Of a stretch of 64,000 nt of DNA, positions 52,401-64,000 are shown one piece after another. The DNA lies in assembly GCF_964204865.1 (NCBI RefSeq), contig NC_135252.1, positions 18,476,001 through 18,540,000 on the forward strand. Reading direction: 5' to 3'. The stretch's first letter is position 1; every line of letters starts with the position of its first letter. The translations under genes and the position numbers were made by a program. Below the pieces are notes generated by a model. That model saw only the letters and a program-made list of their open reading frames with translations, made no database searches and had not been told where the DNA came from. The DNA comes from Styela clava. Lineage: Eukaryota.

Positions 52401-53377
52401 CAGAAAAAACTGTCCCATGGACAAGCCTGCTAATACCCTTATAACACTTTATTTGGTTTAATACATTGTTCAGGTCTAAAAACTTTAAATCTGATTACGA
52501 ACAAATATGATTGTGAACTTCGTATAGATATGAAAGATTGGAAAAACAACACAGCTTATGCCAGATATGGGTGAGTCGTGTGATAATAAAATTAAAAAAA
52601 ATCATTGTATTACATATACCTTATAGATGTCGGTTATCTGATACCATATTTGAAAAAGTTGACATTGACCAAAATTTCCATTGTTATTTGAATACACACT
52701 CGGGAATAAATGATAGAGCAATAGAAGTTGATTGCGTATTGAATGACTCGACATCCTTATTTCATGTAACAGGGTTGAAGTGGTGCAAATTCGAAATAGC
52801 TATTTCTAATATTTAAAATTATTCATATTGATTGCATAAAACTGTATATGATACACCAACTACAAACAGATGAGAAACTAAAAATAATATGGAAACGTAA
52901 CCAGACTATTGTGAACTTACAAAAATGAATACACATTTGACCACTGTTAATAAATAGACAAGTAAACGAATCTCGAAACCCTCAGTCAAACCTAAACTTT
53001 GTCTATAGAGACGCTGTTGAAAATTAGAAACATGAATTGCGCTCTGAATTTCCAGGTTGTTCAAAGTTGGAGATGAAACTACAAATTATCGGCTAACCAT
53101 TGGTGAATACAGCGGAAATGCTGGAGATTCATTGTCATATCATAATGCAATGAACTTTACAACTAAAGATTATGATAATGACATTGCCGCCAAAAATTGC
53201 GCTCAACGATATATTGGTGCTTGGTGGTACAGGAAATGCCACAGATCTAACCTTAACGGATTTTACTTTAGAGGAAATTCGTCATTTGGACAGGGAGTAA
53301 TCTGGTTTACTTGGAGGGGACAGTACTACTCTCTTAACTTTATTGAGATGAAACTAAGAAGAAAAGTTGAAGTGTAA
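49498..53377 (+). CDS. Intact secreted FReD/FREP lectin-like protein B3 (406 aa)
   Basis: Exons 49498-49546, 49786-49847, 50249-50264, 50436-50702, 51014-51178, 51258-51403, 51616-51712, 52474-52570 and 53056-53377 total 1221 nt with compatible phases and no stop. Architecture: signal peptide, S/T/D-rich stalk, complete FReD ([32 protein letters not shown]). Confidence 0.92.
51982..52429. mobile_element. hAT MITE in intron 7 of B3
   Basis: TIRs CACCCTTGTCCATGGGA / TCCCATGGACAAGCCTG, 8-bp TSD CTAATACC, and subterminal ATGGG repeats. Confidence 0.85.
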
Positions 53378-54117
53378 AACTAAATTTAAAATTGTACGTT
53401 TATTTGCAATATTGATATATCAAAAAGTTGATGAGTTTTTATTCGTAGTTTTCTCAATATTTTAAAATTTAATTTTATGGTATATTTGTGTTTGAATACA
53501 TTTTATATGGGGTTGTTAAAGAAAGCTCACTAACACTCATCAAATCTTTAATCTAAGTTGAAGGCCACGAGTCATAACCTTCCGGAATGAAAAAAAAAAT
53601 GGCGATCAGATTGGCGAATTTTAATACTATTATATATACAATTATTATATGAATGAATTTATTGGGCTATTTCTGGAGATGTTTTTTATGATTACTATAA
53701 CGCGAACTAAACTAAAAACACAATAGTTTCGTATTTTTTCCTGCACTGACGTCAGTGCGAACATTGATTAAGATTGAGAATCCTTCTTTGCATTTAAGCA
53801 AATGAATTGAGTTTTTCATTTATTTATTGCACTTTTTCCATTTTGATATTTTTTGAATGCCTGACCAGCATAATGACTTTATTGAACTACAATCATTGGC
53901 ATGTTGGTCAATAGATTGTTAGATTGATTTTATACTTGTATCGTTAAAATACTTTTATGGAAAATTATATGTTATTTAGAATGAATGTGCAAATTTATGA
54001 AACAGAACGCATTACAAGTGAACTTATTGAATATTGTTGTTACTTGAATTATTAACCCGAACCTATTGTTTTATCCGGTCATTTTTCGTGTGGTACGAAG
54101 AGACGGACGGAATCAAA

Positions 54118-54320
54118 TCAGTGGGTCGAGGACAGTAGATTAGGGATACTGAAAGTTTTGTAGAGGATAGTACGGATGATTGGGGGTGGGTCGAGGATAG
54201 AAAGTCAGAATGGGATAGGGCAGTGGGTTAAAGACTGGAACCTAGAGGGAGATTCAACGAACAATCGAGGATAGGAACCGAAACGATTGTAAAGGAAGTC
54301 GAGGATATGGAGGGACGGAG
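54118..54320. repeat. Degenerate copies of the minisatellite unit downstream of B3 (also ~62950-63075 after B4)
   Basis: GTGGGTCGAGGA and TCGAGGATAG cores. Confidence 0.6.
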
Positions 54321-54959
54321 GACACTACCCCATTCCTATGAATATTTGAACAAATATTGGAAATATATGAGTTAAAATATCAAATACAACACCTTATTAT
54401 ATCTTTGCATATAATAAACACCGACCTACCACAAGTGTATATTGCGTTTTAACTCACAAAACTGTCGACGTTACATTGTTTTGAATTCAGCAATAACAGA
54501 AATTTTGATTCTGATAAAAATTGACATTTGGTAATCACTTCGATCCAAATTTATGAGTATTGGAGAATTACAACTAAACGAGCTTTTTTTTAACGCGGAT
54601 GAACTTTTCGGAGAAACGAATTGTTTGTTTTAATTTTTCTTTAAATTCAAAGTTTAGTAGTTAAATAGTTCAAAACTTGGGGTTATGTGTTACAGTGTCC
54701 TTTATTAAAATTTGTTAAGCTCGGCAACCCCATGTATGTGTTTATGTACATAAGTATGGGATTTTTGTGTTAAGCCGTATAAACACGGTTAACTCACTCT
54801 ACATACCGTATGATGAAGATGCCATATGACCAGCATGACTGATAGCAACGTTCTAGAAAATTCAGGCGAAATGCTTACAGTATCTAGAATTGATGATATC
54901 TTGCTAAAATATGCCAAAAAGATTTGTTACAGAATGCAATTAGGACGATTAAACAGCTT

Positions 54960-55434
54960 ACAGCTTATGCCAAATATGGGTGAGTCGTATAATAATAATA
55001 TGAAAAAAATCATTGAATAACATATACTTATAGATGTCGGTAATCTTTTACCCTATTTTGGAAAGGCGACATTGACCAAAACTTTCAGTGTTATTTAAGT
55101 ACGCACTCGGGAATAAATGCTAGAGTAATAAAAGTTGATTGGTTATTGAATCATTTAGCATCCACATTCCATTTAACATATATATATATATGTAGGCTAA
55201 ATAGGCTACAATAAATGGATAGAAAACTCAATATAATATAGATTGCTGTTGATAAATAGTCAAAAAAAAGCGAATTTCAAAACCCATAGGCATAAAACTC
55301 TGACTGTAGAAACGCAGTTGAACGGCAGAAACCTGAATAACACTCTAAACTTCCAGGGTGTTCAAAGTTGGAGATGAAACTAACAAATATCAACTCACTG
55401 TGGGGGAATACAGTGGAAACGCATGAGATTCAAT
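54960..55434 (+). pseudogene. Fragment of an A-type FReD gene (end of exon 8, intron 8, start of exon 9)
   Basis: ACAGCTTATGCCAAATATGG|gtgagt, a homologous intron, then ccag|G GTG TTC AAA GTT GGA GAT GAA ACT AAC AAA... ending N-A-*-D-S at ~55432. Confidence 0.85.
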
Positions 55435-56814
55435 TAGTTTGAAAAATATTCATGATTATATTCGATGCTCTTCGGATTTTTTTATTATTTTTCGATAAAA
55501 AATTGGTAAATAGTACCTACTATATCTACTTATGCAGTCAAATCACACTGTATCACCAATACGAATATGTAATTTTTAATATTTTTCAATTTTTTGATTT
55601 ATTTATGTATGAAAAACTGCCAAAAATAAACTAGAAATTTCTAGAACGGCGCGTCCATCTGTTACCCATCCTGAAAAATCAGCCTAAATCAGTGGTTTTC
55701 AATCTCCTTTGTTGAATTCCTTCTCTTTCCTATTTTTGACTCTTTATTCCTTATTATATAAGCATAAAATTACTTTATTTCTTCAATCTTTAATAGATTC
55801 TTTGCTAGTGTAATGCCAAAGTCGCTCTCTCGTATAGTTTTTCATATGTTCATGAAAAAGTAAGTAATATATTAATAATAATAAAATATAGATATTAGTA
55901 ATACCACAGAGAATACAAAGCAAAATTTCTCTCTAAAAATGGCAAAATTCTTCCCTGGGGACAAATTTCTTCTTGGGTGCGGAATGCACTTGAGTATATA
56001 CCAGTTATTTTGTAAGCAGGCACATGAATATTTATACTGGAGCATTAGTGAATTTATTTCCACAAATTTAAATCAAATAAATAGGTTTTTCAGAGTTCAG
56101 AATGTAGGTAACAAAATACATTGGTATGGCGTTTGGAGTTGTAGCATCAAAAAGTGACGAGCTTGTTTGATATCTTCCATCAGTCATTCAATAACAAGTC
56201 TCAAGCTTGTAGATTTAAAATCAAGAACCTAAAACAATAGTTCTCAACCTTGTTGCCTAAATTTCCCCCCTTATCTTTTTGTACTCACTATGAATAAAAC
56301 TACCTTATTTATGCAATCTAACTTTGTTAATCATCTGTTATTTTCCAATGCATCGTTGCTAGTTAATATAAATTTGTTTTTAATCGATCCCTTGCTAGTT
56401 TTATGCTGAAGTTTCTCTCCCGTTGTGTACGTTTTTCATTCATCCATTGATATGAAGCAATATCAGTGGCCTAACAAGTAGCAAATTTTTGAGCTACCAT
56501 TTATGGTGATTGATTTCCAGTTGGGATTGCTGCCTGCATATAAATGGCCTGGCAATTGATGTAAATAAGTGACTTTCCAAGATTTTAAACATTTTTGTCA
56601 TCATATATATACGTTTGTTCCATATTCAAATATACCCATAATAATATGTCACGGATGCCGTCAACCTTATAAGCGAGTTTCTTCCACACACGCTTCAATC
56701 ATCTCATTGGCATACTGGATCCGTATAAAACCTGAGAGTACAAGGTTTGATTTGACGATCGCAGCGTGTGTGAAGCACATTTAGTTTCGCTACGTGGTAG
56801 AACGGGACGTTGGC

Positions 56815-57552
56815 TCGAGGGTAGGTGAGTTGAGGTAGATAGACAGTGGGTCGAGCGTAAAAAGGTGAGAGAGGTCGGACCGCGGGCCGGGGGTAAAAAG
56901 GTGGAGGGAGATAGGTAGGAAGGTCTCGAGTGTGACCACTTTAGAAGGGTTAGAGAGATAGCGCAGTGAGTCGAGGATTGGAAGGTTGAGGAAGATGGGG
57001 CAGTGGGTCTAGGATAGAGAGGTTGAGGGAGATAGGGCGGTGGGTCAAGGGTAGGTAGGTTGAGAGATAGGGCAGTGGGTCGAGGATAGTTAGGTTGAGG
57101 GAAATAGGGCAGTGGGTCGAGGATAGGTAGGTTGAGAGAGATAGGGCAGTGGGTCGTGGATAGGTAGGTTGAGGGAAATAGGGTAGTGGGTCGAGGATAG
57201 GTAGGTTGAGAGAGATAGGGCAGTGGGTCGAGGATAGGTAGGTTGAGGGAATAGGGCAGTGGGTCGAGGATAGGTAAGTTGAGGGAGATATGGCAGTGGG
57301 TCGAGGATAGATAGGTTGAGGGAATAGGGCAGTGGGTCGAGGATAGGCAAGTTGAGGGAGATATGGCAGTGGGTCGAGGATAGGTAGGTTGAGGGAATAG
57401 GGCAGTGGTCGAGGATAGGTAAGTTGAGGGAGATATGGCAGTGGGTCGAGGATAGAAAGGTTGGGGAGCTAGGGAAGTGGGTGGAGGACAAGAAGGTTGA
57501 AGGAAATGGAACAGGGGGTGTAGGATAGGAAGATTGAAGGAGATAGGCAGGG
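56815..57552. repeat. Expanded minisatellite upstream of B4 (~14 well-conserved 35-37 bp units plus degenerate flanks)
   Basis: Tandem GGGCAGTGGGTCGAGGATAGGTAGGTTGAGGGAGATA, with alternating 36/37-bp variants at ~57220-57440. Confidence 0.95.
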
Positions 57553-58363
57553 CAATTTTGTATCTCGCCTTCCTGTGTAAAAGGATGCACACCCCTGATT
57601 TAGCCTATATATTATAAAATACTAAAAATTTCGGAAGTCTGCATATAGACTGAACTAAGGGCAAGCCGCAGTAAACAGTCTGGCGGGCCACATGCGGGCC
57701 GTGGGTTGGGCAACCAATATATAGGGCTACAGCTCCTATGACCTATACCGAGCCGTAGTTGTTGCCGAATATAGGAGATTGAAAACATCGTCCTGAAAAC
57801 TTTGGTACCGGGATGCATGTATACGATCAATAACTTCTTACAAATTTGAAAATCTATTCATCCATAGTGAAACTAAAACACATTGCATATGAGACGTTGA
57901 TATAAACGTCAAAAATATTTGTTATGAATTTCAATGATCGAGTTGAGTTGTCGGTGTGTTTCCACAGCAACAATAGAATAATAGTTTGAAAATCTTTGGC
58001 GCTTAAATATTATACTGAGCTCAACAATGCCATGAACCTTCCAAAAATATAGAAAACTACTTCAATTTGAAATGGAAGTAAATTAAATAGTTGTCAAATT
58101 TATTTGGATTATCGGGAAATAGTTTTCGAAAAATTTTTTTGAGTACAACATGTACGTAAATAAATACATCGACAGTTCGAGAGTTGTATTAACAAAAGAT
58201 AAAGAGGAAATGTTATGACGTGCAATGATGACGCATGATGGGTTATGCGGTTCAAATATTAGTTGACATTTCATTTTCGGTTTGACGAGTTAGTTTAGTT
58301 TGATGTTTTCTATCTGTAAATCAGCAACAAAACTTCAAGCTTATAATTCAAAAAAGAAGAAAC

Positions 58364-61300
58364 ATGATATATCAATATTTGTTCGTGTTACTTATTACGG
58401 GATCAAGTCTCGGTAAGATGGTTGCATAAGATGCATAAGATGGACCTACTTGGTGTAAATTAAATACCAAAATTTTAATAAAAGTATGTATTTGTTTAAC
58501 TCTCATAAAACAACTCAATTGTTTACATATAAAAGCTTTCACGTTATCACCCGAATTGTGTAGTTACATGTCGCAATATTAGCGTACAACGCCGGTTAGA
58601 ACATTTTTTGTCTAGATAACGTAAATTAAACTACAGTTTAGTCCAAATTGACAAACTTTATAATGTTATTCCTGTAAACAGCAAAAATATCGACAGACTC
58701 AGAAGATCAGTATGATGGCATATCATACAATTTTGACTTGACGGTAAGTTGAATTACTTATGTTTTATTGTAGTTTTATGAGTACAATCACCGAGAAATG
58801 CGTTAATACTATTAACTTAGCATAGATGAATATCGCACAGATTATATACACATTGAATAACAAATTTTCAGTAGCAATAAACCGCAAAATGTTATTTTTT
58901 GAATTTCTTACGTCGGTGTCAGCATTTAATATATATATATATATATAGGCTACATGTAGAACACGATCATTTGTAAAGTCTTAACACCGTGGATGTTCAT
59001 GTAAAAGTAGCATCTGTTGTTTATAATTTTGTAGTATATTAACTTTGCTTCAATTTTATACAATTGATTGTTGAGCATATTTTTTGTTACTTCTCAGTGA
59101 CCCCTCCATAACACAGATGAATAAATTTACGTTTTACATTGTTTGTTTCAGTTCTCCAGTGAACAAGGTAAGATGTGTTTTTTATTCCTATATTGATTTG
59201 TTTAACGGCCCCAGAATCGGCTTTTATTTTGATTCAATTTAAAAGGATTATTGAATAAGTATATATCGTAATCTTATTATGAGTAAACTAAAGCAGTTTA
59301 ATTTATTCTACACCAGAATCAAGTTTTTTTAATACAGATTTGCGAATGCAGTTGGAGAAAAAGCTTACATCAATCCTTTTGAACATTTTTGATGGTAATC
59401 TTGTAATAAACACTCAAATATTTGAAAATGTCGAACGCTCCAACCTAAATCCAACAACAACAGATAGAGATGATACCACCGACAATAATGCTGTATATTC
59501 TAGTTCCCCGTCTCCTAATGATGTCATAACTAATCCGCTCTATTCAGCGGCAAATGGAATCAGGGGGAAAGCTGCATTGAGTACATGGACGGAAATTACG
59601 ACAGGTTCAATCATTTTTTTTGACTCCTATAAGCATAGGTGTAGATCAGGCAATATCACATACTCAAATTACATTAATATACACAGTGTAGAAGAGAAAC
59701 AATTATACTATTGCAACGCTAAAATTTGGGAATATGAAAATTTGTTAAATATATCATGAGTCTAACAAATTTCGATGCTATACCAAATTTTAATTGTTAA
59801 TTCAATATAGGTAAATCTAAGCAATTGGTAAAGTATTTGAACTATAATGTATGTAATATAATAAGAACGCGTCATCTATCGATTCGATTAACAATCTATT
59901 TGATCCTATTTCAAGCACTAACGAAATATACTTGGGGATGGCCGCTTAGTACTGACCAATTGATAACAACCGACAAAGATGATATTGGACATAGAGTGAC
60001 CACTGACACGGATTCAACTCTTCTTCAGTCTTTCACTTTATCAACCTTCGTTGATAGGACTAGAGGAAGCTCACATTCAGGTATCTGTAGGCTACTAGCA
60101 GACCATTTCTGCCTTCCTTTTGATCATTAAAATAAATATTATGTTTATGTCAATACCAGATTTACCCGAGGATTGCACAAACATGCACAAGAAAAACGCA
60201 AAAATTAATAACGTTACTGGTGGAGTGTTTGAAATATATCCTGAACCAACTGAAAGTTCCATTAAAGTTTACTGTGATCTCGTCACCGACGGAGGAGGAT
60301 GGATTGTAAGCATTGTATTTTTGAACGAACCAAGTATAAGCTGATTAAAAACCATCACAAGCATCAACTTGCTATATTCACTACGCTCTCATGATTACAA
60401 ATTTTATAAATCTGCGCGGATACGTAAATTTGGCCTTTTTTTGGTAACATTTCGTTGTAGCTGAAAGACTGAAACATTGAATAGTATGAGAATACCACAA
60501 AACTTGATTTCAAAGGTGTTTAAACGACGAATGGATGGATCGGAAAATTTTTATAGAAATTATTCTGACTACGTGAAGGGGTTTGGAAAAGCTGATAGAG
60601 AAATGTGGCTCGGTTAGTATATTTACTTTTAATATTGTTGGAATATTTGCAATGTAACAATTTTCCAAATAAATATCGTATACAGATTATCTCAAATAAA
60701 CGGCACATAAAGCTGTGAAAACAAAAATGTCAAGCAATGTTAATATTGATCAAAATTTGGTTTCAATTGGTTTAATTGCCTATTTCTAGATTCAGACGTC
60801 ATAAAACTAATTGTTTTCATATTAAATCTTTGAAATCGTATTAAAACATTTAAGTTAACTTAATCATGAAGCACTAATACCCACCCTTGTCCATGGGAAT
60901 AAGATTTCCATGGGAAACGTCCCTTGGGATGGGATGTGACAGCACACATTTGTATTTCACATGGGACACGTGGGTCATGAAATAACAGATGATTTTCGTG
61001 GAAACGATGGTAAAACATTTCGTTATGAATTTCGTGTCCATATATTTGAGCATAGCTTTCTTGATGGTTATATAGAGCAAAATGTATTCAGCATTAAAAA
61101 TTCGTTTAATAAGGGGGCTGATGAGCACGTGTATAATAGGTATAAACTTGAAGTTAACAAAGTCAGATAATTTGTTGTTTGCATGTCTCATCGTACATGT
61201 AGTCCTATTTAGTAGACGCTAAACTTAAATTTAACAATTTTATTGTTTTCCAATGCGAATCCCATGGGATTGGACAAGCATAGATTGTTATGGGATGGGA

Positions 61301-62259
61301 CAGAAAAAACTGTCCCATAGACAAGCCTGCTAATACTCTTATAACACTTTATTTGGTTTAATACATTGTTCAGGTCTAAAAACTTTAAATCTGATTACGA
61401 ACAAATATGATTGTGAACTTCGTGTAGATATGAAAGATTGGAAAAACAACACAGCTTATGCCAGATATGGGTGAGTCGTGTGATAATAAAATTAAAAAAA
61501 ATCATTGTATGACATATACCTTATAGATGTCGGTTATCTGATACCATATTTGAAAAAGTTGACATTGACCAAAATTTCCATTGTTATTTGAATACACACT
61601 CGGGAAAAAATGATAGAACAATAGAAGTTGATTGCGTATTAAATGACTTGACGTCCTTATTTCATGTAACAGGGTTGAAGTGGTGCAAATTCGAAATAGC
61701 TATTTCTAATATTTAAAATTATTCATATTGATTGCATAAAACTGTATATGATACACCAACTACAAACAGACGAGAAGGCTAAAAATAATATAGAAACGTA
61801 ACCAGACTACTGTGAACTAATTTGTACAAAAAACAATACACGTTTGACCCCTGTTAATGGATAGTCAAGAAAACTAATTCCAAAACCCTCAGGCATATCT
61901 TAACTTTGAGTGTAGAAAAACAGTTGAAAATTTTCAGGTTGTTTAAAGTTGGAGATGAAACTACAAATTATCGCCTTACCATTGGTGAATATAGCGGAAA
62001 TGCTGGAGATTCATTGTCACCTAATAATGCTATGAACTTCACAACTAAAGATTATGATAATGATATTTGGCCTTTTAATTGCGCTCAACGATATACTGGC
62101 GCTTGGTGGTTCAGGAAATGTCATAACTCTCACCTCAACGGAGTTTACTATAGAGGAAATTCGACATATGCAGAGGGAATTATCTGGCGTACTTGGCGGG
62201 GATACTACTATTCTCTTAAATTTATTGAGATGAAACTAAGAAGAAAATTTAAAGTTTGA
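58364..62259 (+). CDS. Intact secreted FReD/FREP lectin-like protein B4 (406 aa)
   Basis: Exons 58364-58412, 58682-58743, 59152-59167, 59338-59604, 59916-60080, 60160-60305, 60516-60612, 61374-61470 and 61938-62259 form an open frame. VFKRR replaces VFQRR. Confidence 0.92.
60882..61329. mobile_element. hAT MITE in intron 7 of B4
   Basis: Same element and site as 51982-52429, with TSD CTAATACC/CTAATACT. Confidence 0.85.
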
Positions 62260-64000
62260 AACTAAATTTAAAATTGTACGTCTATTTGAAACGTTAATGA
62301 ATCAAAAGATTGATAATTTTTTTTTCGTAGCTTTCTCAATATTTTAAAAGGTAACTCTATTTATATATTGGGTTTGTATCTATTTTATATGGGGTTGTTA
62401 TATACTAACACTCATCAAATATTTCATTTCAGTTGCAGTTTTAATTCATAACTATTCGGAATTGAAAAAAAGCTGAAAATTAGAAGTTTTAATACATTAT
62501 ACTATATACATTTATGATAAAATTGAATTTATTTAGTTATATCTTGAGATGTTATATATGTGTACTATGAGGCGAACAAAATATGCGAAAAATTCAATAT
62601 TTTTATTTTTTTCATTTGCTCTGACAGATCAAGATTGAGAAGTAAATTGAGGTTTACATTTATTTATTTCACCTTTTTCGTTTTGATATTTTTTGAATAC
62701 ATGATCAGCATATTTACTTTATGGAACTACTATCATTGACATATTGGTCAATAAATTATGTTATGTTGATTTTAATCTTTTATCGTTAAAATCCCGCTAT
62801 AGAAAATGATATGTTATTTAGAAAGAATGAGCAAAAGTATAAATTAAAATGTATTGCAAATCAACTTTCTGGATATTGTTGTTACATGAATTATCAACTC
62901 GAAAGTATTGTTTCATCCAATCAATTTATTTGTTGTACGAGGCGACTGACGGAGATAGGGAATAGGTGGACGGTAGGATGGGACAGTGGATCGAAGACTG
63001 GAAACTACAGGGAGATTAAACCAGAGTCGAGGATAGAAAACTGAAAAGATTGTAAAATGATTCCGGGATATGGAGAACAGAGGGCAGTACTCAATTCCTA
63101 TATAAATAATTGAACAAATATAAGATATATGTTAAAATACCAAGACCGACATAAAACTTTATCTTCAGATATAATGAACACCGATTCACCGCAGATGTGT
63201 ATATGGCATCGTAACTCGAAAAAATTGAAGGTTGTTTTGAATTCAGCAATAACAAAAATTTTGATTAGGATAAAATTTAAACATTTGGAAATAACCCAGA
63301 TCCCAATTTGTGAATATTGTAAATGGCTTCTTTTTTTACGCGGATGGCCTCTTCAAATAAACAAATTGTGTGTTTTAATTATTATACAAATTCATAATTC
63401 AGCAGTTAATTAATTAAAAACCCTGGGGATATGTGTCACGGTGTCTTTTATTCAAATTTGTTAAATTCGGCAACCCCATGTATGGGTTTACTTACATAAG
63501 TTTCAGATTTTTGTTCAAATATTTTGAAACCCATCATTAAAACCGAATGATGAAAATGGTATATCATCTTGAGCATGCATGCTAGCAATGTTCTAGAATA
63601 TTCAGGTTATCCAGGCGAAATGGCCCTAATTAGAACTGATATTTTGCTAATGTATACCAAACAAATAGTGACAGAACGCAATTGGGGCGATTAAACAAAT
63701 GACAATGACGCTTTTTTATAGTAAATCGTTTTAATAAGTTGCGTTATGCATTGGTAAATTCATTTATTTAAAAAATCAAAACATTTACTTACAAAGGAGG
63801 ACTTACAAAACACGTAATGATACAGCTGTACGTTAATTATAATAATATGACGAAGAGAACATGTGTTGAATGAGCATACAAATTGAATTTATTCAAAGAC
63901 AAAAAACTTCGATTGGTCAAAATATAGATCAGTAACTTAGTTATATCAATTCTCCTATCTGCATGTATAAACAAGAGAGCGATGCTCAAATATATGAACA

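Noticed and set aside
55870-56260. Possible coding remnant in the shared spacer block
   Set aside because: All frames are interrupted and no motif was recognised.
56960-57470. CRISPR-like array
   Set aside because: The units are head-to-tail with no unique spacers, there are no cas genes, and the context is eukaryotic.
56699-57592. Long minus-strand Pro/Ser/Thr-rich ORFs (also 4422-4995 and 48119-48716)
   Set aside because: They are translations of the pyrimidine strand of the minisatellite. They are open in several frames and their lengths vary with repeat number.

Overview
AT-rich, intron-containing animal (invertebrate, possibly ascidian) genomic DNA. It holds a tandem cluster of secreted fibrinogen-related domain (FReD/FREP) genes with 9 exons: signal peptide, 16-nt microexon, Ser/Thr/Asp-rich stalk and FReD. 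The window is a recent ~21-23 kb tandem segmental duplication (unit I 1-20912, unit II 20913-43705, partial unit III from 43706). Each full unit is ordered FReD-A, truncated FReD-B, degraded FReD-C and an alpha/beta-hydrolase-like gene D. Two intact FReD-B genes follow (49498-53377 and 58364-62259, 406 aa each). They are nearly identical through exon 8 but differ at about 20% of residues in the ligand-binding exon 9. All A copies carry an in-frame TGA in exon 6, and B1/B2 are broken in the same exon. Also present are an ORF1-only (HAL1-like) poly(A) retroelement with a TSD, nested hAT MITEs, Helentron-associated (HINE/DINE-like) elements, Mutator-like MITEs and a purine-rich 36-37 bp minisatellite upstream of every B gene. 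Exon coordinates were read by eye and no database searches were run.
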